A DNA stretch of 53,824 nucleotides, counting the filler, from Jimgerdemannia flammicorona (taxonomy: Eukaryota), in the NCBI GenBank assembly GCA_003990765.1. It is 2 parts of 2 records of this genome, joined end to end, with 100 filler letters (N's around TTAATTAATTAA, not from the genome) between each part and the next. Parts side by side here need not be neighbours in the genome. Positions count along the whole stretch, not along the records: positions 1 to 26,863 come from RBNJ01000688.1; 1 more part is not named here. One strand, written 5' to 3'. A program made the position numbers and the translations under genes. Below, one piece after another: positions 11,537-23,579 of this stretch. Each line of letters begins with the position of its first letter. The stretch's first letter is position 1. The notes beneath the pieces are model-generated. The model was given only the letters and a program-made list of their open reading frames with translations, was not told the DNA's origin and did not search any database.

Positions 11537-14500
11537 TTATCCCCATTCCTGTCTGGCCACATTGCTCCCCCTTCTTCCTGTCGCCGCACATGGCCTCGTC
11601 CCGCTCGGATCCCTCTCCCCACTCTGCCGCCATCCAGGCTCCCATTGTTGCGGTGGCGGTGGCGACGGGGAGCTGGCGGGCGTAATGTTCGACGCTGCCA
11701 CGGCTTGCTCATACGATGACTTGCGCCCTGCGACGCTACCGAAAGCTGCTTTCTGAAATAAGGGACGTTGTCGGTGATGGAATCGAGGGCTACTAGATTG
11801 CTCTGATGAGGGAGGGGTGGAGCTGGAATTTGGGGGACGAATAGATGTGTAGGAGGAGGAAGACAAAAGAGGGGTAGAGTTGGGGGTCGAGCGGTTGGAT
11901 GTGGAAATGGACGGAGGGGGATTCGATATACGATTGTTGGATTGATGGGAAGAGAGGGCAATGTTCGGTGTGATTTGGGGTGATGAGGGCTGAGGAGATG
12001 AGAAGGAGGACTGGCGGGACTGTATGATATACGAGAATGTGTCAGATTTGCAAGTGCGAAATGAAATATATGAAATTGCTGAATCAAAGGAGTGGCAAAT
12101 CATACTGACCCTCACATAGTCCATATCGCTCTCTTTTCTTGCTGAACTCTCCAAGCGACCATTACCATTAGCCTTGCTCTTCCTCTGAATTTCTCCCCCC
12201 TCCCTGTAAATGTCATCCACCAAAAACCCTTTCAATCTCTCCACCAATCGCCCTTCCAGATCATCTAACTCCTGCATCGCCTGCCTCACTCTGCCCTCAC
12301 CCATCCGCCAAGCTTCCCTTTCAATCATCCTGCACTCATCCTTGACACTTTCCAACTCCTCTCTTCGCTCTCGCACCTCTTCTTCCAATTCTTTTAAATC
12401 TTCCTTCTTGTCCTTCAGCGTATCCTCCAACTTTTCTACTTCCTCTCTCAATCTCTCGGCTTCAGCCTCCAATGTGTCCCTCCTGGTACCCAACGCCGCC
12501 TGTACGTTGATGAAATATGTCGTTTCCTCCTGCACAGCCCTCAACCTTGCCTCTGCTTCCACAATCTGCTGTTTCAACTGGTCTAATTCTTCCTTCATGG
12601 AACCGGCATCATTGCCGTTGCCAACCCGAACACCAGCTTGCAACTCATCTATCAATTCCCTCACCGACTTTTCCACCAGTTGCTCAATCAAATCGTACAA
12701 CGCTCCATGATGTTCCGTCATGTACGCCCGCATCCCCTCGAGCGCCTGTTCCATGTACTCCTTTGCGTGGCCCTCATACTGGCGCAATCGGGTGTCGAAC
12801 TCCTGCGTCATTCCCGCGTCCGTAGTGTAATCGTTAGACCGGTTGGCGGTGGCCGGGCTCGACGCAAAGCTATCAGCCACGGCTCGACGGATTGTATCCT
12901 CGAGTCCGACATTGCTTCCGCCGAACTTGTCAAGGACACGAAGGACGCGTTCGATGAGCGTTCGGGTCTCCTTTACCATATCCTTGGTGGCACTGGGAGG
13001 CCCCGTTGCGGTGCCATGGGAAGGGAGGTTAGAGTAACTCGTCACCAGTCTTGGCGACGTGGGTGGTTGGCGTGGGGAAGCGTAGTGATATTCATTTTCG
13101 CCTGAAGCGTTGGAGAGCGGAGTCATGGGTCCCGTGGCGGCAGCGACTTGTGAGAGCCTGTATTCCGTCTCTGACATACGGCTGAGTAGGTCTTGCAATT
13201 GGGCGTTAAATGTCGCAAGATCCGGAATCCCACACCCTTCTACGTTTTGCGTGAGCCTCTCTAAGGCCTCCAGCGCGCGCGCCTGATCATGCGCCACCCG
13301 TTCGCTTTGCTCTTGCGCATGCTGCAATCCCGTCTGCACGGTTTCCGCGAAAGTCGCCTGATTCGAGACCAGATCTACTAACGATCTTTCGATCCGATCG
13401 CCAACTACGCGCGCACCGCTATCTGCCTTAATCTGGTTCTCCACCTTTCCCCAAGCCGCGACGGATTCGACGCGGATAGCCTCCAGAAGATTGCTTGTTT
13501 CCTCGGCGCTGCGCGTAAGTTTATCGTTTAGGACAGCCATTAAATCTTGGATGACGCCAGCGTCAGTATCGTGCTTGCGCGCGCTCTCGTTGAGATCTTC
13601 CATGAATTTCTGGACAGCGAACATGCGTGCATCGTCGATGTTAGCACGCGCGGTGCTAGGGCCGGCGGTGTCCTCAAGCCAGAAGGATACGAGGCGGGCT
13701 TGCGAAACCTGGATGAACTGGACCAATTCAAGGAGAGCATCGAATTTGCGCCGAAGAGTCGTGGCCGGGCGAGCTGCATACGCGTCTTCGCCCTTCGTCT
13801 GTTCCACAGAATCCACCATCTCATCTCTCACTACCGAAACATCATCTTTCACTACCGAAACCTCATCCTTCACTACCAACAGCTCTCTCTTCACATCCTT
13901 CAACGCCTCTACCCACGCCTCTTCCTTTTCTTCTTGACGTGCCTGCTCATTATCCAGGAAGCGCACGATGTCCCCCTGCGTCCGACTCCATCCATCCTGC
14001 GTGGAGCGCACGGACTCCGCAAGCCCAAGGATTCCAGCTTTCACCTCAACAACATGATTTTCAATCCGTCGGCTCGCGTCTGTGTCTTCCGGGCTTGACG
14101 AGGAAACCATGTGCCTAATCTCCTCGACTGTTTCTCGAATCGCCGCCTGTTCCCGAGCTATCATCGTATCGAAGGCCGACGGCACCGCTGTAATGTTATT
14201 GTTGCTAGGCAGATTATGCATCATCTGCATCGTCCCGTTGCTGCTGCCGCTTCCGCCGCCACCACCACCACCGCCACCACCACCACCACCGCCATCACCA
14301 TGCTTGCTCTGCTGCCTTAACCCTTCGTTCATCCTCTCAAGATCGGCACACCGCCCCTGCAATCGCCGCACCTCCGCCTCAAGCTGATCCATCTTCCCCG
14401 CCTCGCCCCTCTGCCTCGTCTGTACGGATACGAGCCCCTCGCATCGCCGTTCGGCCTCCTGCGCCTTCCCCCGCCAGATGGACACCTCACGCTCCAGCAG

Positions 14501-15701
14501 TTCCGCGCGGGTCGCGTGAGAGCGCTGCGCGTCCTCCAGGTCCCGGATGAGGCGTTTCTCTCGCCCGGCAAAGTCGCGCTGCGCCGCCTCGAGTCTCCGC
14601 GCGGCTTCCTCCTGTCCGCGCGCCAGTCCCTCCTCGGCCTCAACAACCCGGCGCCGCAGGCTCACGCACTCGGCCTCCAGCTCCGACCGCCCACGCTCAA
14701 GATTACGGTTTCGCGCTTGTGTCTGCGCGGCGCGACTCTGGAGTTCAGCGTGCGACGCAGCGGAAACCTTCCCCATGATGGAGGCCAGAGCATCGATCCA
14801 GGCTTTTCGATCGACGGCGTCATCTGTGGCCAGGACGACATCCTCGCGTTTGACGAGCATTCGGAACTCCCAACGGGAGTTAGGTTTGTAATCTTGTTGC
14901 TTGGGCTCAATTTCGACGCAGGAGGACATGTCGATGGTGCGGCGGTGTGAGGTTAACTGGGAGAGGATAGTGGTTGTGGTAAAAGGGTGCGATTTAAATA
15001 GGGATGAATAAACGAGAGGGGCTCCACCGGCTTGTACTTTTTGAGGTGCAAAAGCAGTTCAGGACGTGTGTTCTCCTCACCTTATCGTCTTTGTACAAGT
15101 ATAATCCTCCCGGTTTGACTGCGTTCCCATGTTTTGCGATGGCATAGCACCGCTTCCATTGCTGAAGACGACGAGGGGTTGAGTGAGCGGTCGTGTAACC
15201 CAGACCCTGAAGTCTACAATCGAAATGCATTGTAGATAACTCACCATAAGGTTGGAGCGTCGCCAGAGCCATCCTGCCTTTGCCACCTGTTTAGGAACAA
15301 GTTGTTGTATTACTGATCAGAAGAGAAATACAGCAAGGTACAGGCGAAAAGATGAAGGTGGATCCACTGACCTTGTACTCGTTGGACGATCTGCTGAAGG
15401 TGGATTCTGCTGCGGCGCTCTCGTCTTCGTCGCCCGAATAGGTTGTCGACACAGTATCATTGTCCCAGTCCTCGCGGTACTCTGGCTCGGGGCGGCGTGG
15501 CGATGGCGGAACGGTATCGGCGCGCCTATCCCCGAAATAGCTGGACATGGAATGTGTAGGCAATGGCGGTGGCGAGACCGAGCGACGAATGGCAGGGTCG
15601 CGCGGGGGGGGATGGAGCGATTTGGTTGCGCTGGGGGGGTCTTGATGGTAGGAGAGCTGCTTGCGGGGTGGAGCGACACCGTTTGGGCGTGCTGAGGACA
15701 T
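11537..15701 (-). CDS. PH-domain, long coiled-coil protein (~1260 aa), function unknown
   Basis: Exons 15701-15372, 15286-15245 (VAKAGWLWRRS), 15161-15081 (QWKRCY..LYLYKDDK) and 14956-11537, with a probable in-frame 90-nt intron 12109-12020 (GTCAGT..CTGAC..CAG). PH C-terminal helix DRKAWIDAL, E/R/K heptad-rich segments, S/P-rich termini. Confidence 0.85.
14253..14298 (-). repeat. Poly-glycine (GGY)n trinucleotide repeat in the PH/coiled-coil gene
   Basis: (CCA/CCG)n on the plus strand encodes the long poly-Gly run after HGD in ORF 11537..14929. Confidence 0.9.
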
Positions 15702-16385
15702 GATGAAGAGAGAGAGACAAAGAAACACCTTGTCTCGTATTCGCTCCTCCTACGTCCTGGTCTAGTGCCTGTGACATCATTCTCGCGTATTATGCCCCTT
15801 TGGGCATGAGACGTGACTACCATAACACCCAACGCGTGACCCGACCACACCCACCTCGCACAAGCTCATCATGACGAAAAATCCTACTTGCCCCATCATA
15901 GGTCGCGATGGCCAAGCCTGGCTGTTCGGAACGACTAAATGGAGGAGGTCTCCGGGACCACTTGAAATTCCCCAAACTCAGATACCTTCTCTATTAAGAG
16001 TCGAACTAGAGGGGGTGAGATAATATGCTAGACAAGTTCTGTGTTATATCGCACCCAGTATTGAAATGAAGGCCCATGTCCATTGTGTACGTCATCAAAT
16101 AATGAAAACGTCATTATATGTCACGTGCGATATATCTCCAAAATTATCAACAGGCAGAACTATCCATTAATCTTATGATTCGACTTTGCCATTTTGAGAC
16201 AATTCGAATAACCAGAGTTTTATTGCAAGGGATGCAATATTTTGTTTTAATCTCAAAAGTAAAAGTGAACGATAGGACAAACTTCGATCAAGTGTCCAGG
16301 GACCTAGTATAGTGTATACGGTCGTGTTCAAAAAAAATAAAAAAATAAAAAAAAAAAAGGACGTGAACATGCCATGACAAACCAA

Positions 16386-17843
16386 TTACCATCCTAGCGT
16401 CTTCTTTATGATAGGCCCCAGGAGGTTTGCGAAATGGAGCTGCCCTGCATCGTTCGGATGTACCCCGCCCGCCGGGGGAAAGTCGCTCGGCCCGAGCCAG
16501 CCCGTGGTATCGACAAAACTGACCGCGCCGTCACCGGCGGTAATCCGCGCCTTAACAGCGGCGAGTGTCTCACGGGCGAAGTGTTTGGAGTTGTTTTCCA
16601 AGGCGAATATATGTGCTCGGGGATACTTGGCGCGAATTTTGGTAAGGAAGGTGGTGTACTTCGAAGTGAAGATGGCGCTCGGAACCTTGCCGCTGACGAG
16701 ATCGTTTTCGCCTAGGGTAGTGGATGAGAACGGAATAACGAGTGTTAATGTCGTTGAGTAGCGGGGAGGATTTGCATTTGCACAATTCTTGTAACCATCG
16801 TCCTCTTACCAAGCATTATCGTCACTGCGTCGGGCGTGTAGGCTTTGAAGTCCCACGCCGTGAAGTTGTAACTACCCTGCCGAGTGCTGTAGTAGAATTT
16901 TTCCATTGGGCTACGATTGATACAGTTGCCGTAGGTCGTGAGACACGCACCAGCGGTGGCGATCTGCACGTGCTCGGCGCCGAGTTGCTCGCCTGTGATC
17001 CAGGAGTAGTCACTCCACGATATATAAGTATCGTTGTACTGGATGTGTCAGTGAATACGAAATTCAATGGTCAGTTGTGAAGCCCGCCTGCAGAGCTTAT
17101 ACACGTTCACCACGCTTACCCCTCACCCCAAGCTTTACCGACACGGAACCTACCCCGACTGTGATCGAATCGCCAATGAACTCAATCAGCTTCTTCGAGA
17201 AATTCTGCGAAACCGTTTTCCCGCCGGCATCAAGCTGCAACCCGCGGAACTGCACTATAGTCTCCCAATTAAGCCCGCCTATCTGCAACGAGTACACTGT
17301 GGAGAGATTGAACCCCCCGATGGGCTTGATCTCGTACACGCCGGCTGTGGAGATCGGCAACAACGTGGGGCTGCCGGAGTCAATCTTCCAGAGAACCGCG
17401 TAGGGGTGAAAATAAGCGCGGTTTACGTCGAACTTGACCTTCAAAGTGGCGGTGTTGGTGAAGCGGACGCGGAGGTAGGCGCCGCTCCTGTGTGCAGATA
17501 GGTAAATTTGGGGTACGCTCAATGAGGAGGGGGGTTCGATGCCATAAAACCTCATAAACCACGGAAGCAACATAGTGAAATGTACCAGCCACTGTCCACA
17601 TTTTTGTCCCAGCGACCGACGTATCTGCATAACGGATTGCAGGGTTAAACATCACGGACTTCGATTCACATTCCCAGATACACACAGTTCAGTTAAGAAA
17701 AAGTTCCAATTGAATAATTACTTGATGTTTGGGTCTGAGGATGAAATAGTCCCCGTCGTCACAACTCGAGCAACCGGCGAGGCCGACACAATAGCAGCGA
17801 GAGATACTACCGCGGCAGCGAGGTTACGGATAGTAATAAGCAT
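16386..17843 (-). CDS. Secreted SGNH/GDSL hydrolase, CE2 (acetylxylan esterase / endoglucanase E-like) type, 349 aa, 5 exons
   Basis: Exons 17843-17722, 17624-17586, 17487-17154, 17038-16810, 16711-16386 (1050 nt, GT-AG). Signal peptide MLITIRNLAAAVVSLAAIVSA, N-terminal DPNIKYVGRW..WSGAY, block I IEFIGDSITVGY, block III MLGEND, block V GGVHP. Confidence 0.88.
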
Positions 17844-18187
17844 TACAGAATGTATCGTGAGGAAAGGAGAATCGGAGTGCACCCAAAGTGTACTGTTAGC
17901 ATGAACAATCGGTCAGGGTTTTATAGAGTGAGAGACATGTCACAGACAAATGTCGCTCATTAAAACAAACGAATCTGAATGGTGCTCGCCGACGGCCTTG
18001 TAGCGAAATACCGCCAGCTTATCCTAGAACGATCAAGTCATCCAAAGTGATTTCATGGTACATTTCCGCCATTCTACTTGCCACTATTCCTGTTTTGGCA
18101 TGCCATACGGATTCACGTAACACTCGCAGTGAATTTCACAGGTACACAGTACGACATTATCGCAGGGTTTTTACTAAACATGTACTA

Positions 18188-18226
<39 letters not shown>

Positions 18227-18562
18227 GTCACTAAACATGTACTACTACGAGTGAGCAAAACTGAGTTCCTATTGCCTCTCTAAGTGACCTGGATTTGGCA
18301 GAGTGGCACTATTCACTATCTAAACGAAGTCAGAGAATATTGCCACAGTCATTGTCTTATGGAGCCGCTATGTGGTGATATCGCGTATTAAATTCTCCAA
18401 CCTAGAACGTGGTTTCGCATACTCAACCTAGGATTTCGTGCGTTCCGTAATTAATACAGTGTAACACCAATATTTGCGTAACTTCATTTTCACCCAAGCC
18501 ACAATTTGTCGCCCATCCTATCTCCATCGTCCATTCAATCATCCATCTCATTCTGCCTCTAT

Positions 18563-18622
18563 ACTAAAGCTACTAAAAGCTACTAAAAGCTACTAAAAGC
18601 TACTAAAGCTATTAAAGTTATT
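18563..18622 (+). repeat. Tandem repeat (CTACTAAAAG)n at the gene-island/repeat boundary
   Basis: Three exact 10-bp units plus degenerate 9-bp units. Confidence 0.85.
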
Positions 18623-18949
18623 AAAAATATTATTTTAATTATTTATCTCATTCTATTTATCTATTATATTCTATTTGTTTATCTTATTTTACCTTATTTT
18701 AATTATCTGTTCTATCTTTTTTTGTCTTTTGTTTTATTTTATTTTAATTATTTATTTTATTATTTATTCTATTCTATTTATTATAATATATAGTAGATAC
18801 TTAATTTAAAAAGTATAGTAAATTTTATTATCTTTTTTGTTTTTTGTTTTTTAACTTTTTAAAGTTCTCAATAAGAGTATAGAGTGAGTTTGAAAAGTAA
18901 TACTCCTTTCTCTACTATCTTATCAGTCATAAGGTTTGGTAGACAACCT

Positions 18950-21515
18950 TCTAAGTCCCCTTCCCCCTATTATTACTCCCTTTACCTCAGGTTAGTTTGC
19001 TGTGCCTGCAAGAGCATAGTAGAAGAGAGACAATAGTACTGAATTATCTCTTTATTTATATCAAATTAATGACTTCTTTACTTTTTTACAGTTTCTAATA
19101 TCTTTAGCTACATCTGGAGTATATCTGTTTTGGTGTAATACTTTCTTTCTTTTGCTATCATCAATAAGGTATCATCTAGAGTATTATGGGCTATATATAG
19201 AGTTGGCTAACCTTGGGTATCAAGTATCAGTATAGATTACCTATAGATCTCCAGTATCTGTGGTGGGGCTCTCTGAGCTTTGGTAAGCTTCCTGGTGAGA
19301 TCTGCGATTTCTATTGGAAAAGCCTCAGGCCACTTGGTCAGATGTTCTATAAATATAAGAATGTATTTACTTCTTCTTAGTATAACTAGTAGAGATCCAA
19401 TTATGTCTACTTCCCATCTCTGAAAGATATTGCTTAGTGGTATGATTGGTTGCAGTGGTGCTTGATAGTTCTTCTTTCCTTGGTATTTCTGGCAGGTATC
19501 ACATTTCTTGAATATGTTCCAGACTTGTATTCTGAGGTTGGGCCAATGTTGGTATATTGTTTGCAGCTTCTCTTCTATATTTGCCTGTCCCTGGTGGGCT
19601 TTCTGATGTTCTTTTTAGATGAGATCTTCTTGTACCTTGATGGTCTGAGAAGCTTCCTTTAGGGTATAGTTCCTTAGGATACCTTCTTCTGGTTCATTGG
19701 GGCTGGCAGGAAAGTACATCAACATTGTTGTGAGCTTTCCCTGCTTTGTAGATGATGGTGATTTTGTAATCCTAAAGGATAAGAATCCAGCAGGCCAGGA
19801 TTCTGGTGGGTTCCTTGTAATTAAATAACCATTTGAGGGCTGCATAGTCTGTGATCAGAGTGAACCTTTTTCCAATAAGGTAATGCTTGAACAGAGTGAC
19901 CACACATATGACTGCAAAGCATTCCAGTTTGGTGCTACCATAGTTCATCTGCTGCTGATTGGTAGCTCTACTTGCATAAGCTATCACATGGTGCTGTTGA
20001 TCAGGTCCTTCTTGGGCCAGAACTGCTCCAAGGTCAACTTTAGAGGCATCTGTATATAAGATGAATAGCTTCTATAGGTTGGGGTATATAATGATTGGTG
20101 CTGTAGTCATGTAGTTTTTGAGTTCTTTGAAGGCTTTTTCTTATAATTCTGTCCATTTGAATGGTACTTCTTTCTTGAGAAGGATCCAGATTGGAGCAGT
20201 GATTTGAGCAAAGTCTTTGATAAACCTTCTGTAGTAAGATACTAGTATCAGAAATGATAGTATCTCCTTTGGGGTTTTGGGTACTAGCCAATTATTAATC
20301 TTCTTGGTTTTCTTTAGGTCTATATGGATTCCTTCTTTTGAAACTATGAATCCCAGGAATTCAAGTTTCTGTTTCCCAAAGTAGCATTTCTTTGCATTCA
20401 ATCTCAAGTGATTCTTATAGATGAACTTGAAGAATTCTTCTAGGTGGTACAGGTGTTCTTTGAAATTTGCTGAATAGATGTTGGAATCATCTATATATAC
20501 AATTAGGCAGTGGTGGATCAGAGGAGCATAGACTGAATTCATCATCCTCTGGAAGGTGGGGGGTGCATTGTAAAGTCCAAATGGCATTTGGAGATATTCA
20601 AACAGTTTTTCTAGAGTAAGAAAAACTGTTTTTTGAATATCTTTTGGGTCCATGGAGATCTCATGGAACCCTGCAAAGAGGTCCATACTGCTGAAGTATC
20701 TGGTATCTTGTAATTGGTCCAAAAGGTCATCAATCCTGGGCAAAGGATAAGCATCCTTCTCAGTGACTAAATTGAGTTTTCTGTAATCCACACAAAGTCT
20801 CCATCCTCCTTTCTTTGGTACAATAAGTATAGGGCTGGCCCAGGGGCTAGTGGAGGGTCGGATGACTCCATTGTCTAAGAGTTCTTGAATGTGCTCTTTT
20901 TTGAATATTTTCAAGTAATGGGGTATTCTATAAAGTTTCTGCTGGATGGGTGTTACACTTTCTGTATTTATACTATAGTGATATAATGGGTTGTATGGCA
21001 GGTTACCATAATCAGTGGTGAAGATATCTTGATATTTGTTGAGAAGTTCTACTAATTTTTGCTGTTGTTGAGGTGTCAATTCTTCTCCAATGTTGGTGGA
21101 AGGCTTCACTGTCTTCTGGGTCGCAGAGGGGCCTTTCCTTTTTTCTGGGATCTTTTGCCATTTCCCGATAGGTTTAGTTTATTAACTTCCCTATAAGTTC
21201 GGTTGAGAAAAGACACCAGATGTCCTATGATAGTTCCTTTTGGCAGGATGATGGTCTCCCAACTTTGGTTGATTGCTCAGAAGTGTACTGGGTTCATCTT
21301 GTCAGAGAATGTATATTCCTCTATATCTAGGTGTGGGATATCTTCCTTAGGTTCAAAGAAAAGGTTTCTGGGGTCGGGTGGTACAAAGATTTTGAAGGTA
21401 GTTTGTTCTCCAGGCTCTAGGATGAGATTCTTATACAGTCTAACTGGTTGCCGGTATACTTGCTGGGGAACATTCCTCTTGAGATAGTTGACTTAAAGGA
21501 GATATACCTCCTTCC
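18950..21515 (-). mobile_element. Ty3/Gypsy element, degenerate pol (RT, RNase H, partial integrase); host of the family A insertion
   Basis: ORF 20141..21109 has SPWASP, LCVDYRKLN, MPFGL and YIDD. RNase H YASRA..NYGSTKLEC..LITDYAALKWL. Integrase CDTC and WEVDIIG..HLTKWPEAFP, then coding similarity is lost. Left boundary approximate. Confidence 0.88.
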
Positions 21516-23579
21516 TGTAAGAGGGTTACTTTTTAGGGTAACCATTACGTAGTTCTGGAAGGGTTTTCTGGATATTCTGGATGTTCTGGAAGACCGTTTT
21601 CTTATGGTCAAGATTAATTGCGTATAGAGTATGTCCTCTATGCTTATTGATTTCAAGATCGGGTTGATGTCTCAACCAAAGTCCTTTCTCGGACTAGTTC
21701 TGGATGTTCAGGATTTTCCATATTTCAGGAAGTTCAAGAAACTAAGACCAGCTTAGTTGAATTGGCGTATTGCTGCAGACAATACCCAATTAGGAAATTT
21801 CGTGACAGAGTTAGGAGTAGGACCTAACAGGGAGCGGATTTACTTAAGAGTAGTTTGTGGGTTATAGAATAGGTTTATTTGCTATTCATGATATTACTAT
21901 ACTAGGAGTATTTGTGTGAAGGGATATTGTGGGGAAGTGCTCAGGAGTTGTGTTCGAATTGTTCAAGTCTGAGATTCTGAGGTCTGGGGGAGGGGGTATT
22001 TATACTAGTGAGGGGCTATCTGGACTATGCTAGATATAGATGTAGCACTAAGTGCCTTGCTGAGTCGGAATGCAGTCACGTAGTACAAGTGTGATCTGAC
22101 ATGTCAAGAGATCATCTGACTGCTGAGTCAGTTCACAGTTATATCGTACAAGGCTAATCTATCTATACTATGACTGCTAGACTATTTATAGGTTTAGGCA
22201 CTATCTGGGTAGTCTTCGATGACATCACCATCGATTGCATCATCTCTGATGAAGTAGTCATCTAGGAAGAGTGGTTCGCGGATTACTTCTCTTTGTTGGC
22301 TGAGGTAGTAATACATTGGGACTTCATCTCCATCCCACAGGATAGCATTGTCTGTCTCGTAGGCTAGATAAGGTGTTGGTGGGCAGATGATGGGTGTATT
22401 GTCTTCGCTTTCATCAGATTCACTGTCTGCATACCTTCTATAGGTTACAGCACTATGAGTCGCAGGGTTGTAGTAAGCTAGTGGCTGTGGTTCATGTTGC
22501 TCGTACTCAGGTGGTGGCGTTGTTGGTTCAATCTCGAGGGTTGTCTGGAGGTACAGGTTGTGTTCTCCGGTCTCTTCATTGTAGTTGAAGTAGTCGGGGG
22601 TGAATGCAGGTTGGTATTCGTGCCAGTGGTCATTGTCTCAATAAGTTTCGTATGTGGTTATGAACTATTGTAAGTTCATCGGCAAGGTTGGCGGAGTGAT
22701 CAGGGTTGGCAGAGATCCTTGGCTAGAGGTCATATCAGCATCAGAGGGATCATTGTCTTCTGCTTCATCTTCATCGAAGTGGATTATATCGTAGACATCC
22801 TTCATGGTGTATCCAACTTGGGGCATTTGTAGGATATGGTCATCAGGGTGCAGGAAGGTTCTGTCTGTGGTCTGGACGTATTCGAGGTACTTGTGGTTGA
22901 GTTCTTGTATCATGTCATCGATTTGGCCGTAGGACAGGGTAGCAATCATTTTGCTGGTAGTAACTCAGAGGCGGGGAATAAAGGTGTTGTATTCGTAGAA
23001 GAGTTCTTGATGTTTGCGGGCGATGAGCTTCTGGTGTTGAGACATCTGGGTAATATCTGTATCATGGTGGTGTTCGACCATATCTTCCAGGAGGCAGCCG
23101 ATCTGGTAGTAGCTTGAGATTTATCCGATTCGGTGGACCTCGCTAAGCATGTTCAGGGCGTTTCATCGGGCTTCCACAAAGTAGAGGGGTGCCAGGCTAT
23201 GGATATTCATGAGGGGCAGAGGGGGTGTAGCTCGGTTGACAATGGTATTCCAAATGTCAGCACAGATATAATTGTAGATCTTGGTGGTCATGTTTGTGTG
23301 TTGGGAAGTTGTGGTTGTTGTTTGTTTTGGTTCTCTGATTCGATGCATCTCAGTGCTCAGTATATATGCATTTGGTCCTGATTGGTAAGGTTCTGTTTAT
23401 GTAGATCTTGTGTTCTGTGACTTCATATTGACTCAGCTTTGTGCACTGTGACTTCAGTTTGACTCAGCTTCATGATCAAGCAGGTGATTTCCAGATTTGT
23501 TCAGAGGTCACGTATGATTTCAGTAGCTTGTTCAGAGGGTGACGTGTAATTTCGGTGGCTTGGAGGTTGTGCGCTTACA
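21516..23579 (-). repeat. Family A LTR (2064 bp), termini TGTAAG...CTTACA
   Basis: 6-bp terminal inverted repeats, directly after the PPT. TATAAATA at 22004-21997. Full-length homology to 645-2734. Confidence 0.92.
22194..23291 (-). pseudogene. ORF inside family A LTR (~365 codons, acidic, PPEY motif), interrupted only by point stops
   Basis: ORFs 23163..23348 and 22665..22949 and the tail to TAA 22194 share one frame with no indels. Five in-frame stops. Confidence 0.75.

Noticed and set aside
12210..14950. Multiple plus-strand ORFs over the coiled-coil gene
   Set aside because: Ser/Leu-rich antisense shadows of a GC-rich CDS.
18563..18622. Short repeat array as CRISPR-like or telomeric
   Set aside because: No spacers, internal position and eukaryotic context; a plain minisatellite.
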